From Guillardia theta CCMP2712 (taxonomy: Eukaryota > Protista > Cryptophyta), in NCBI RefSeq assembly GCF_000315625.1, contig NW_005434594.1, positions 310,045-374,044 on the forward strand: a stretch of DNA of 64,000 bases, written 5' to 3'. This document shows, piece by piece, positions 13,207 through 30,104 of the stretch; within the stretch, counting starts at the first letter, position 1; each line of letters starts with the position of its first letter. Under the pieces are notes generated by a model. That model searched no databases. It was not told the origin of the DNA and saw nothing but the letters and a program-made list of their open reading frames with translations. The position numbers and the translations under genes are program-made.

Positions 13207-14613
13207 ATGTGCGAGAACTTTGAAGATCTGAAGTCCGTCCTCAACAAGTTGGACAAGGAGCAGATCCTGGCGGTCTTGGAGCAAGCGCTGAAGCAGCAGG
13301 GAGACGACACTCAGCTCTTTCATGCCATCAGAAGAGCAGCGCTGGTCCTCTGCCAGCAGCAGGCTGTTGCTCAGGGGGGCACGAGTGCTGTGAGCAAGTC
13401 CTGCTTGTCGTACCTCGCAAGACAGGACTTCCCCTCCTCCTTCAGCTTTCTCCCCTGCTCCGAAGACGACTGCTACTTCCTCGACCACCCTCACAAGCCT
13501 CAGTTCCTGCTGCTCAAGTTCCGCAGTGTCTTGGACCCTTCGCTCCTGTGCAGCTCCTTGTACTCGACCATGCAGCTATTCCCGAAGGCGAGCTCGCGGG
13601 TGGTCAGGCATGAGGACGGGAGGAAGTTTCAGCTGGGGGTGGAGAGAAGCTCCTTAACAGCAGTCAAAGTCTCCGAGGACATCATGGATGACTTGTCGAC
13701 TCTACCGTGGGTTGTCTCAACAGTTCAGAGGAGCGTCTATCAAACGTCTTCGGTGCCGCTCCTCCAGTCCTACCTGCTCAGGTCCCAGGCAAGCTCCCAG
13801 GGCTCTTCCCTCCTCGTTGGGTTCCATCATGTGCTAGGTGACGGCATGTCCTACGCTTCCTTCATCTCGTCATGGTCGATGTTCTACCAGCAGGCAGTGG
13901 AGAGGAGAGCAGCCCCGGTTGAGGAGGATCAGGCTGTGTTGGACCTCGAGGGCTGCCTCTCCTACCCCGGGCCATCGCCAGGCTTCTCCCCGAGGATCTT
14001 ACAGTTCACGTTTCAGCGCAGTGAGCTGGAGGAGAGGAGGAGCTGCATCCAACAAGGCGACTGCCACGTCAGCATCAACGACGTCCTCCTAGCTGAGTGC
14101 GCGTGCGCGCTCGCTGGGACGAGGTGCGCGGGGCAGGTCATGACAAGGGTCGTGGTGCTGGCGGACATGCGAGGACGAAGCCTGGAGGAGAAGGCGTGGG
14201 GGAATCACGTCGTAGACTTCCACCTCCTCCTCCCCGTTGCAGATCTGATGGAGGATGACGTCAGAGCAGTCGCTCGTCGGATCCGGAGCTGTGTGGACGC
14301 ACAGACGGCCGAGCTGAAAGTCAGCAGGAAGCTGCTGGAGGAGAGGAACAGGGAGAGGGCGCAGGTACCGAAGCTGCTGTGCTGGAACTCATGGGCGAAG
14401 GCCGGAAACTTGTTCCTCTCCTCTCACTTCGGAGCCCCCGCTGGGCTTGCTGACTTCCGGTGGATGAATTCCATGTCGGTGGAGGACAGCAGCGTCGCCA
14501 TGGTCCTGCCCCTCGTCGACCCGCCCAGCGCCATCGCCGTACAGCTCTGTCTTGACGACCCCAACGAGATCGAGAGCCTGGCGAGGCGATGGGGGACAGG
14601 AGTCATGCTATGA
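13207..14613 (+). CDS. CoA-dependent acyltransferase (HXXXD; BAHD/condensation-fold), intronless
   Basis: 468-aa ORF with LLVGFHHVLGDGMSYASFISSWS, VSINDVLLA, ADMRGR, WGNHV and SHFG. Confidence 0.75.
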   Translation: MCENFEDLKSVLNKLDKEQILAVLEQALKQQGDDTQLFHAIRRAALVLCQQQAVAQGGTSAVSKSCLSYLARQDFPSSFSFLPCSEDDCYFLDHPHKPQFLLLKFRSVLDPSLLCSSLYSTMQLFPKASSRVVRHEDGRKFQLGVERSSLTAVKVSEDIMDDLSTLPWVVSTVQRSVYQTSSVPLLQSYLLRSQASSQGSSLLVGFHHVLGDGMSYASFISSWSMFYQQAVERRAAPVEEDQAVLDLEGCLSYPGPSPGFSPRILQFTFQRSELEERRSCIQQGDCHVSINDVLLAECACALAGTRCAGQVMTRVVVLADMRGRSLEEKAWGNHVVDFHLLLPVADLMEDDVRAVARRIRSCVDAQTAELKVSRKLLEERNRERAQVPKLLCWNSWAKAGNLFLSSHFGAPAGLADFRWMNSMSVEDSSVAMVLPLVDPPSAIAVQLCLDDPNEIESLARRWGTGVML

Positions 14614-14803
14614 CGATAGGGTGCGGGAGCAGGAGAAGGAGCAGGAGCAGGAGAAGGAGAAGGAGAAGGAGCAGGAGCAGGAGCAGGAAGAGATGTTGTT
14701 TGATCGCCAAAGCAGAAGAGAGTTTCATTCAGTGGACATGTCAAGAGTTTCATCTTTTGCTTCACCTCGCCTGATCGAATCATCAACTTCTCCTCTCCTT
14801 CAT

Positions 14804-16068
14804 TCACCTCTTGCTCACCGTCACACGCTCCCCGGCCGCCAGCATGAAAGTCAGATCCGGCAGCATCCCAAGAGCAGAGTTGAAGTCCCCAGCTCCCAGC
14901 GCCTGCGCGATGCTCGTCCGTAGAGCCTTGTGACGTGATGCCGGCGACTCCTTGACGGACTGCCAGACCGTCAGCTGGCGAGTGGAAGCGAGAGGAGAAG
15001 GAGAAGGCACGAGAGGAGAAGGAGGAGGCACGAGAGGAGGAGAAAGGGGGAGGAGAGGAGTAGGAGGGCAGTTGGCGAGAGAGAGGCAGAAGGTTACAGT
15101 TGTCGGCGTTCCTCTCAGTTTCAACTCAGCAGTCACATCTCGCGCCACCTCCCTCCTCCCTGCCAAGTTGACCTGAGAAACAGAAGCTCTCGCATCCCCA
15201 CCAGCTGTCACCTCCTCCTCCTCCTCCTCCTTCTCCTGCTGCTGCTGCTGCTGTTGCTGTTGCTGCTGTCAGCGCTGCTGGACTTCTCTGCTGGACTTTC
15301 TCGACTGCCCTCCCGGGCTCGCCCATGCTGACCCTCCCTAAGTTTGTCCCCCTCGCTGCCTTGCCGGGGCTTCGACTGCCGCTGGTCCTGCTGCTGAGCT
15401 CTTGCCTGCCCGGGTGGGGGCCTGTGGGGGCGCAGGGTCAAGAGAGGGAGCAGTGAGGAGGAGAGATGGGAGAGAGAAGCAGGAGAGGTAGGAGGAAGGA
15501 AGGGGAGGGGTAAAGGGATGAGGATGGGGAGAGGGGCGGAGTGAGGGGAGAAGGGCAAGAAACGCCAGGAAGAGATCAGCGGAGAGAAGGGAGGGAGATA
15601 AGGAAGGTTGCATACTGTCATGGAAGAAAGGGAGGAGGGAAGCAGAAGCGGAAGCAGGTTGGAGAACGGGAGGAGGAGGGAGAGGAAGGAAGAGGAAGAA
15701 GAGAGGAGGGAGAGAGAAGGGAGATGGAACCGATGTAGTTGGAAAGGAGCCGCTTGTTCTCAGTAGACGTCTGGCAGTTGAAGACGACGAGGAGGAGTTG
15801 GCTTAGGTCCCACTGCGAGGAGTCAGCCCACTGCTCTCGAGCACAGGCGATGTTGTGTGCTGGTTGAGGACCGCGCTCAGCAAGACCCCAGCAGCAGCCC
15901 ACCTCTTCCCCACCTGTGACACGGTCCTTACAGAGCTTCTGCCACAGCTCGAGGAGAGAGCCCTCAAGCATGTGCGGCGGAGGGTGGAGCGCAAAGAGTT
16001 TGCTCCCGTCCTCAGTGATCTCGCTCTGTGCGGAGAGAGTGTCAGGTGGAGGGAGGAGGGAGGAGGAA

Positions 16069-16151
<83 letters not shown>

Positions 16152-19100
16152 ACAGGAAGGAGGTGCAGGAGGAAGGAGGAGAAGGAAGGAGGAAGGAGGA
16201 AGAGCAAGAGGACGCTTCCTTACAGGCTCCTCGAAGTCTCCGAACTCGTCCTCGTCTTCGTCCTCGTCTACCTCCTCCTCCTCCTCCTCCTCCTCCTCCT
16301 CAGAGACAGGCACGCTGCTTGCTACGTCCTTGACCCACGGCAAGCTGGAGTCCTTATCCTCAATCTTTGACATCACCACGAGTTAGCAAGCAGACGGTAG
16401 GAGGGGGCAGCGCAGACATTAAGATGCTCGCCGAAGGAGCGGAGAAGCACAGAACTTAGTCGCGCCACGTGCTCCTCCACTTCCCCTCGCTCCTCCCCAG
16501 CAGCTCCCGCCGGCCACTCGGACCCCATCGTTTCCTCCCCCTCCTCCTCCCCGAACGATCCGAACGCGTCGTCTCAGCACACAGTCAGCTACAGGGAAGG
16601 GCGTCGATGCCTTACCTCCGTCCTCCCCCGCAAAGGTCCCGAAGTCAGCATCGTGAGCCCCCTCCATTCCGCTCTCTCCTCCTCCTCCTCCTCCTCCTCC
16701 TCCTCCTCCTGAGCCCTGCTGCGATTCACTAAAGCCTCCTTCGGCGTCGTCAAAGGCGCTCGTCCCTCCCCACTCAAAGTCCTCCTCCTCCCCTCCAGCT
16801 TGTTCCTCCATCTCTGCTTCTGCTCCACCGAACGATCCGAAAGCTTCCTCCTCCTTGTCTTCCTCCTCCTTCCCTTCCTTCTCTGCTACAGACATTTCCG
16901 CTTCTCCTTCCCTTACATGCGCTTCATCATTCGGTACCATGGTTTCAAGCCCAGGTTCATCTCCTTCTCCTCCTTCTCCTCCTTCTCCTCCAATGTCCCC
17001 TCCATCCCGCTCGTCGTCATCCTGACCAGCATCGAGTGCTTCCGCCGGCTCCTGTCCTGTCAACGTCACTCCTTGACCTTGGAAGGACGAGCTCGGCAGC
17101 TGACTTTCAGCCACTTCCGCCTCCTCCTCCCCCCACGCCGGGCTCCTGATGCCATTCACAAGCTCCTCCTCCAATTTGGTGTCCACTGTCTCCCCGTCCT
17201 GCTGTTTTGCTTCCTGTTCCACATCCTCTCGCTCTTGTTCTTCCTGGGGCTGTCCCTCTTCTTCCCTCTTCTCCTCCTTGTTCTCTTCTTCTTCCCTCTC
17301 CTCCTCCTTCTCCTCCTCCCCGTTCTCTTCCTCGTTCTCCTCCTCCTCCTCCTCCTCCTTCCCTTCCTCGTCCATTTCCCGCGCATTTTCAAACCGTGTG
17401 TCGGTTTTCTGCATCCCTCGCGCCTTCTCCTCCCCATCTCTCTGTACAATCGCTTCCTCCCCCTCCGACCCGAAGAACGTAAAGCTTTCCACCGCGTTAC
17501 CTTCCACTGGGACCTTATCCTCCACCGCCCCCTCCTGCTCCTCTTCCTCCTGCCGCTGCTGCTTCTCCAGCTGTTCCAGCTGCTCCTCCTCATCCACTTC
17601 CTCTCTCTCCTCCTCCTCCTCCTGCTCACGTTCCTGATCCAGCTCCTGCTCCTCCTCGCGACCATCAGCAAAGACATCATCTCCTCTGCCGTTCTGGGCT
17701 TGCCGATACTGAGATTACACCATCAGTCGTGAAAACAACAGAGAAGATTCATACCTCTCCCACCAAACTCTCCTCCTGCTCCTTCCCAGATCCCTTGAAT
17801 GTCATCGGTAGCCTTTCAACATCACTACAGCAGCTATCCCTCTTCCCTCCTCCCTTTGTCAAGCAAACAGCCTCCTCCTCCTCCTTCTCCATGCCGTCCC
17901 CTCCTCCCTCCCTCTCTTCTCCCTCCTCCTCCTGTGGTGGCGCTGCCGTGACGGTCTCTTGCTCCTCCCCCTCCCCGTGGCTCTCGAAAGCTCCGAAGCC
18001 CCCATCCTCATGCTCCCTTCCTGCGCCCTCCTCTTCCTCTAGCGGCGCTGCCGTGACGGTCGCCTGCTCTTCCTCCGCGTGGCTGTCGAAACGCCCCAAA
18101 CTCCTCCTCCTCCGTCTCCTTCTCCTCCTCCTCTCCCCCCCCTCCTGCATCCCTCTCTGCTCCCTCCTCCTCCTGTTGTGGCNNNNNNNNNNNNNNNNNN
18201 NNNNNNNNNNNNNNNNNNNNNNNNNNNNNNNNNNNNNNNNNNNNNNNNNNNNNNNNNNNNNNNNNNNNNNNNNNNNNNNNNNNNNNNNNNNNNNNNNNNN
18301 NNNNNNNNNNNNNNNNNNNNNNNNNNNNNNNNNNNNNNNNNNNNNNNNNNNNNNNNCCGCCGTGATCGTTGTCTCCTGCTCCTCCCCCTCCTCGTGGCTC
18401 TCGAAAGCTCCGAAGCCCCCATCCTCATCCTCCTCCTCCTCCAGCAGCGGCGACGCCGTGACGGTCTCTTGCTCCTCCTCCTCCTCGTGGCTCTCGAAAG
18501 CTCCGAAGCCCCCATCCTCATGCTCCTTCCCTTCTCCTTCCCTCCCTGCCCCCTCCTCCTGTAGCAGCGCTGTCGTGACGGTCGCCTGATCCCCCCCATC
18601 CTCCGCATGGGTCTCGAAAGCTCCAAACCCGTCCTCGTCATGCTTCTCCTCCCCCTCCACGTGGCTGTCGAAAGCCCCGAACTCCTCCTCCTCCTCCTCC
18701 TGCATTCTCTCCTCTGTCGATTTCATCTGCTCAGTCCCTTCCCATCTATTACGCTCCAGGCGTGAGTCTCCTGCTTCGCTCCCCTGAACTCCAATCGTAG
18801 TCACCTCGTCCACGTGCGGTAGCTCCTGGCTCTCAACAACGCCGTCGCCACGCATGCTCTCCTTCGATGAAAGCGCTTCCTCATTCCCGTTCACTGCTGC
18901 AACATGGTTGCTGCTGCTCGGCACATTTGTCTCCAACACTTCGCCTGTTTCTCCCGTCATTACTCCAAAACACCACCGAAACCACTCGAGCATGTCATAC
19001 CCCTACCTTCTCCTGTGGTACTCTTCGACGGTCCTGCCTTGGCATCGCCTACTCCACTTGTACCTTCCACGGGCGTCACTGGGCTACCACAGACTGTGTC

Positions 19101-19365
19101 CCTCAGCTTACTTTCCGCACGAATCGATTCTTCCTCCTCGAAGTCCCAGCCCTCTGACAGCAAGGATTCGCTCCTATCTCGGACCTTCATCACCCATTCA
19201 CTCAAACATCCAGCTCCTCCTCAAACAACACAACCTCCTCCTCCATCCCCGGGCCCGGCCCTTCATGCATGGACGAGACCGCCGGTCAGCTCAAATGCAG
19301 AATCTGTAAATCATCAGACAGGAGCAGATCTCTTTACCTTCGACAGTTTCCTCCTTCGACTTCAT
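14804..19365 (-). CDS. Aftiphilin-like clathrin/AP-1 accessory protein (multi-exon, spans an N gap)
   Basis: Acidic low-complexity chain with many (D/E/G)FGxF motifs (FGAF, FGSF, DFGTF, EFGDF). Also LLELWQKL...QWAD/STENKRLL and a C-terminal LPDLTFML, resembling conserved aftiphilin blocks. Start approximate. Confidence 0.65.
18183..18356. other. Assembly gap (N)
   Basis: Run of N. Confidence 1.
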
Positions 19366-19416
19366 CTTCCCTCTTCCCTTCACTCCTGTCTCAACCTGTC
19401 CCATCCTATCCCGTTC

Positions 19417-19612
19417 CCTCCTCTCCTCTCCTCTCCTCTCCTCTCCTCTCCTCTCCTCTCCTCTCCTCTCCTCTCCTCTCCTCTCCTCTCCTCTCCTCTC
19501 CTCTCCTCTCCCTCCTCTCCTCTCCTCTCCTCTCCTCTCCTCTCCTCTCCCCTCCTCTCCTCTCCTCTCCCCTCCTCTCCCCTCCTCTCCCCTCCTCTCC
19601 CCTCCTCTCCTC
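19417..19612. repeat. (CTCTC)n pentanucleotide repeat
   Basis: Directly visible. Confidence 0.95.
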
Positions 19613-19624
19613 TTCATCTTCTCA

Positions 19625-20720
19625 GTTTCAGTCCACCCGGTCGTCCAAGGCCGATCGGGCCGGGCCCGGAGACCGGCCCGGTCGAGTTGACACCCGGTCC
19701 AGCACTGAAATTCTTTTTACTCAACTCACTTCCGCTTTGTCTCTTCTTGACCCTCTCCCTGTTTATACGGACGCCGAACAATCACCCACCCCTTCGACAT
19801 GTCCGCACGTAATTTTTCATTATCACCCCCATTTACACTCAATAATTACCGGAAATAGCAAGGTGGGTCACTACCCCTACCCTACATGATAAGTTCTACC
19901 CCATTCCATTCTGTACATGACAACTGTAAATAAAGGGTCGTTGCAACCCATCTACCCACCCCTAGTGTTGTGCTTTCAGGATGGTACAAGAGAACCGGTA
20001 CATTTATCTGTGACACAACCTACATTTTGATGGTAGGGTGGTTGTTGACAAGGGTACATTTCATAGAGAAAGGGGTGGTATTAGGAACTAGGGGTAGTTA
20101 GGTCCATCGATTTCAATTGAAATGGTGGGGTACTCACTTGGGAAATTTGGATGGTGGGGTAGGGTAAGTAGGGGTAATTTTATCCCAAAAAAAAATTGCG
20201 GGCTGTATGAGGTTGTAAAAAGAGTTTCTTTGTGGGAATTTTTTGAAAATATCATTCCAAGATTTTGAAATTTGAAAATCAAACCTGAAATCTGTACCCT
20301 TCGATCTTCCCCCCCTACCCCACTCAATTGTACCCTCTGTAATAGCTGAGCGGACCCCCGATCGGCGTCCCTGGGTGGAGACATAGGGTAGGGTGGTATT
20401 TTGATGTGGGTGGGTACCGATAGCAGAAGGTAGGCCCAAGAGGTCCTAGAGAATACGCCTCCTGGTGAGGAAGGGAGGTGGGGGGTACTCTAGACTTAAA
20501 ACACGGGTAGTCATGCTGAGGAAAAGGGGGTAAGGTTAATGAATTTGGGGGTCCGGCCGACGAGGCTGTAGAGGGGTGGGGGTAGGGCTATGCGAAGATT
20601 CCAACAAAGGAGGGGTGGTGCACACTACCCCATAATTCTGAAAACACCCCTATTCATTCCTATGACTACCCCCTCAATTCAGGCCACCCTTTACCACAAG
20701 TATTACCCCCACCCCCATCA
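19625..20720. promoter_or_regulatory. Short GC-rich tract plus long TACCC/GGGTA tract between divergent genes
   Basis: GGGCCGGGCCCGG at about 19657, then many TACCC/GGGTA words to about 20715. Confidence 0.5.
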
Positions 20721-21648
20721 AGCACAGACCTCCTGCCCCGGCAGCCCCCGCAATGCAGGAAGGGCTTTGGTAGAGCGAGAGGAGAAGCACGAGGAGGATG
20801 AGCACATCACAGCTGCAGGGGATCATTATCTTGCGAAATTTCTCATGCAAAGTACAGAGAGGATTGAATGAGAGGACAGAGCAGAAAGTAGATCAGCAAA
20901 CAGGAGGCAGCAAAGAGACTAAGGGCAGTGGGACACCTATGAAGGCGTAAGGGGAGGGTGAAAGTATAAGAGGAAAGGTGGATGAGGAGCAATGCGCAAT
21001 CAAAAGATCTCAAACTTGTTCGATAAAAAATCGAACGGTCAGGACGAAAAGAAAGCTCTTGCGCTTAGATAGACGCTGGAATGCCTTGGGATGCCTCTAG
21101 GTGTGATTGAGGGGTAAGAGCTCGTTCGACTTTAGATTGTGTTCACAGCAGAAGCTTTCTTGTTATTCATCCTGCCTCATTCATACGCGATTTCATGTTG
21201 AGATGAGTTTAGAAGAAGTCATCAGACACGTGGCCATCCCACAGGAAGATGAAAACATCCAGAGGCAGGAATGGCAGAAGATAGATACTTTGTTATCAAG
21301 ACCAAGAGAGTAGTTGTGAGTATGCTGCTGGTAACATGCATATTTCTGCAGACAGCATCTGTGTGATGAGCACCTGTGTGATGAGATGAATGATAGAGGC
21401 ATAGCACACAGATGCATATATGAGGTGTCTAAGCTGCATGCTAGTGATTTACCGACGGAGCAATATTGTCCACACAAAACTGTGAGGCTAGAAATCATGT
21501 GACACGCTTGCCCCAACCTTGGAACCTGTTGAGGTTTTGAATGATGCTTGGTGTCGTTCTGATATTTTGCAGCAGATCTCTACTCTTAAGGCTCCCCCGC
21601 CAATATTAGCCACCCAACCATTTAGTATCCCAACTTAGACAGATCACG

Positions 21649-24324
21649 ATGCCCAACCCCAGGATATGCCTTCTGGTTGCGCTTATTGCGGTTCGATCTC
21701 TACCGTTTTCGCCATGAGTTTCTCATGTCGATTTCAGACTATGGTCGCGAACACAAGCACCATGAGAGTCCTTTGGATGGGAGGAGACGACAAACCGGAT
21801 TCTACCATGAAACGCAATGGTGACAAGCCAAGAGCAGGGTACGATGATAGCACGGACAAGCTGCTGCAGGTGAGTTCGGTAGGATGGTACAGACGGCAAG
21901 TCTGACCCGACCGTCACGTACAGGCAGCGATCAGGAACATAGATCAGCTCACGAGCGTCGCAAGGGAGTTGTCTCAGGAGAACATCAGCCCGGCTGTGTT
22001 GAAATCTGCTTCAAGGACTGACCTGCCATCCTTGAATGGGAACAAGGCCAACCAGCCTAAACCTGTGCAGAACTATCAGCCGCAGTGGAGCGAGCAGCCG
22101 CAGGAGCAGCCGAGGGCTCCTCCTCAACAGTGCGCTCTGACCTTCCGGCTCAAGAATGATATAACCCAACCCGGCGACACGGTCCTCGTCGTCGGAAACG
22201 TTCCAGAGCTGGGCGAATGGAAGCCGCAGCGCGCGGCAAAGCTGAGCACGAACTCGGGGAGTTTCCCGTACTGGAACGTGGCGATTACGTTGCGCCCGGG
22301 CTTCTCGCTCGAGTACAAGTTTGTGATCCAAAAGAGCGGTGGAGAACTAGTATGGGAGAAGGGGGAGAACAGGAAGATCAAGGTCCCTGTGTCCTCCAAG
22401 GCTACTGCTGAGAGCGCCTTCGGGGAGAAGGGAGAGCGAATCTCGGGAGTGGATGCTGCTGTGGTGGAAGCCAGGGCCCCCTCTCCCCCAGCTGCCATCG
22501 CCTTGTATGAGCCGGAGGCTCCGATGAATCAAGAGTCGGCGACGCTGCACCTGCGCGTCAAGTGCACGACGAACCCTGGGGAGAGCGTGTTCGTGTGCGG
22601 AGGTCACCCGTCAATCGGAGGATGGGACCCGGTGAAGGCCGTCATGCTGGTGTGTCGGAAACCGAGCCATCCCATAATTTTTTGCTCACTTTGCTCATGC
22701 AGAAAACCAACAAGGATGACTATCCCCATTGGAGCGGCACCATCCAAGTCCCCGTCTCCGCGGTGGAGTCACTGGTGGTGGAGGAGCCGATCTGACCTTG
22801 AGCCGTAGACTCAGAAGGAGAACATCCGCTACAAGTACGTCGTCAAGGACTCGTAAGATTGTGTTTGTGCTCTTATGTGGCCCTTATCATCTCCGCCAGC
22901 AACGGGCAGTCTCGCTGGGAGGATGCGATCGCAGACAGGGTCCTGATGCAGGAGAGCAAGAAACCAGGGTGAGACTGGATGCTGCTGTCTTCCCTTCGCT
23001 CACTCCTTCGCTCCTGCAGCGGAGTCCTCAGCATCAACATGCACACGTACGTCGACGATGGATCCTTCAACTGCCTGCAAAGTACGAGGAGGGGGGGAGG
23101 GGGAGGAGGAGCAGCAGCAGCAGCACTATCAGCTGATGGCTGATCCGTGTGCTGTCGCAGGGGTCTGCACGTACGTTCGTGACGGCAAGGAGAGGCCGCG
23201 CACGCCCAGCACGGCTCTCGCCACTACTCCTCCTCCTCAGGTCCTCATGATTAGCCGACCTTTCCCTCCCTCATGACGTGTACGACAGATCCCAGCAGGT
23301 ATGCAGGTGGTCAGCATTGACCAAGTGCGGCAGTGGGAGGTGAGGATGGCAGGCAGCTGAAGACTTCAGCTGGGTGACGGTACTGGTGGTAGGCGAGGGT
23401 GGCGGAGCTGGAGGATGAGTGCGAGTCGCTGAGGGAGAGGGCCCGTGCTGCGGAGGCGTCGGTGGACGCTCTGAACACGGAGCTAGAGGAGGCAAGTCCT
23501 GCGTGCCGTGCACATGGCCGAGGCTGAGGCTGCTGGTGCAGGAGAGGAGAGTGAATGAGGAGATCATGGAGCAGATGAAGTTTGTGGAGGAGCTGCTGCA
23601 GGTCTGGCCTCCTCCCCCTCCCTCTTCCTCTTAATTCCTTGCTCCTGATTTTCTTCACTTCTGTCCTCTCCTTCCTTCTCTCCCTCCTCTCGACCATCCT
23701 CTGCTCCCCGTACTCCTTGTCCTCCTGGTTTTGACTTGGATTGTGCAGCGCATGAAGAAGATGGAAGAGACTGTGCGGATTCTTCAACCCTCAGCATCTT
23801 CCTTGACCCTCCTTGCAGGTGACGACGCTCGAGGAGACCAAGGACGTTCTCATCACCCGCAGCGAGTCGATGAACAACTTGCAAGCTATGGGCAGCCCCC
23901 CAAGGTTGGAGGAGGAAAGAGGGAGGGAGGGAGGGAGGGAGGGAGGGAGGGACGAGGACAAGGACGAGGACGAGGACGAGACTGACCGGATGCAGCAGCA
24001 GCGCAACCAAGAGCGCCAAGGAGGGGATCGCAGACTCTATAGAAGAAGGACTGGCGAACGCGAAACAGGTGAAACAAAGGAGCGAATGTCGGAGGAGTGG
24101 AGGGAAGGGCGACGGGAGGGAGGGGGAAATGGAGAAGGGCGGCGGACATGCACAGGGGAGGAGGAGAGAGGAGGGGAGGGGAGGGGAGGGGAGGGGAGGA
24201 GTTGAGAGAGGAAGGGAGAGGAGAGGAGAGGAGGGAAGATTTCTTGTTGACGGTCGGGCTTCAGATTCTCAACAACATCGACCGTCAGTTGACTCACAAC
24301 CAAGCATCTTCCGTCCGAGCTTGA
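21649..24324 (+). CDS. Signal-peptide protein with two CBM20 starch-binding domains and a coiled-coil tail (multi-exon)
   Basis: Spliced start MPNPRICLLVALIA/TMVANTSTMRVLWMGG. CBM20 motifs: TQPGDTVLVVGNVPELGEW...FPYW...LEYKFVI..WEKGENR and TNPGESVFVCGGHPSIGGWDP..YPHW..IRYKYV..WEDAIADR. No catalytic domain recognised. Confidence 0.8.
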
Positions 24325-24536
24325 GCTTAGGACAAGAGTCTATTCTTTCATGCTGTACAGTTATCCCAGTTCTCTCCTATCCCAGCCTCCTTCTCTCTTC
24401 ACTCGTCCTCGTCCTTCAACACTTCTTTCCCTTCTCTCTCCTCCTCTCCCTTCTTTCCTCGAACTCTCCTTGATTGCTCTCACTCGTCCTTGAGCTCTTG
24501 CAACCCTCCTGATCTCCCCCTTGACGATGGTTTTCT

Positions 24537-28541
<4,005 letters not shown>

Positions 28542-28869
28542 TCTGCGCCTGCTCTCCCTGACCTGCTCCGGGCTAGTTTGCAGATGACATATGTCGCTGT
28601 ATGCATATCAGTCAGGAGCAGGCAGCAACAGCAGAGTCTTATCCTCCTCTTCAAACATCCATTACCAGCCTCCCTGCACTTCTCCCCGCCCTCTATCGTC
28701 CCCTCCTCCATGTCCTTCCAGACGTTCCTCGCCCTTCCCCTCGCAACCCCCAATGCTCTCCCCACCTGCTACGGTAGTCCTCTCCCCCTCACATCCCTCT
28801 CTTCCTCCTCCTCTCCCTCCTGTCCTCCTCCTCCTCTCCCTCCTGTCCTCCTCCTCCTCTCCCTCCCCC

Positions 28870-28937
<68 letters not shown>

Positions 28938-29105
28938 TCTCTAGCTCTCGCCCCGACCTACGTGCTGTCACACAATCCAGTCAAAATCTTCAGAGACCTG
29001 GCTCCCCGCATAAGTTGGGGAAGGATCTCCCGGGCGGTCCAAACTAGGGAAGTACTTCTTGGAGATTAACCGAGCCTCCGGTTGGTGGAAAGGGATTCGT
29101 CTGAA

Positions 29106-29205
29106 NNNNNNNNNNNNNNNNNNNNNNNNNNNNNNNNNNNNNNNNNNNNNNNNNNNNNNNNNNNNNNNNNNNNNNNNNNNNNNNNNNNNNNNNNNNNNNN
29201 NNNNN
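29106..29205. other. Assembly gap (N)
   Basis: Run of N. Confidence 1.
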
Positions 29206-29329
29206 CCTCTCTCTCCCTCTCGTCCTCCTCTCCTTCATCTCTCTCCCTCTCGTCCTCCTCTCCTTCATCTCTCCCCCCCTCTCCTTCTCCTTGCTCCATG
29301 ACAGAGCAGAGAAATATTGCACATGCGGG

Positions 29330-29995
29330 ATCAGCGCATGCCGGGGATGAGGGGGGACGAGGGTCTGGGATTACTCGGATCCCCGAGTCCCGGAGTCCCG
29401 CCGCACTCGGAGGCTCGGAGTCCCGAGGCCCGAGTCCGGTAAGGTCAGGGCTCAGTATAATCGCATGCCGGACCCGGCGCCGTGAACAGTGCGGCCGGGC
29501 TCCCGGCGGGCCAATCAACTTGCCACTGATGATGACGTACTCCAGTGCGGCCGCCGGGACTCGGGACCGTCAGTCACTGTCAGGCGGAGTCTCGGATCCG
29601 ACCCGGTACGCTGGCTGCCGGCCCGCCGGTTCACTGACTGGCACTGCGGCAAGCCCTCAGGCGGTGACGGAGTGACCGTACGACTGTCGGAACTTCGACT
29701 CGGCGTCCGGCGGGCCCGCCCCACCGCCGTGTGATCGGACTCAGTAGGCTCCGCTCGGAAGCACTGCCAGTGAGTGACTTGCCAGTATGCATGGCAGCGA
29801 CAAAGAACTTCGGAAGTTCAACTTGACATGATTTCACTGATCAAAAACTGAGAAAGAGTAGCCGCTTTAACTCATTTTCAATCTGTCACTGGCCGGAGGC
29901 CGAAGTACAACTTGCCTGCGTCAGTCTAGAAAGTTCAGTGAATGCCGGGACCGTTGGGGAGAAAGTTATGGGCCAGGCCGCCCGGCGTAGGCTAG
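29330..29995. promoter_or_regulatory. GC-rich CCGG/GAGTC intergenic tract upstream of DNAJC21
   Basis: Same word vocabulary as the other GC tracts (GACTC, CCGG, TCACTG, GAACTTCGG, AAGTTCAAC). Confidence 0.45.
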
Positions 29996-30104
29996 GCTTG
30001 CTCAGATATCCGATGCTGAATGAAGGTGTTGGTCAGAAAGCCTCGCTATACTCTCTCGCCGCGCTCAGCAAAGTAGTGCCCTCCTCCTCGGTATATGCTG
30101 AGGT

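Noticed and set aside
18079-18182. Apparent frameshift in the aftiphilin-like gene
   Set aside because: Immediately adjacent to an N gap in repetitive sequence, so probably low-quality consensus.
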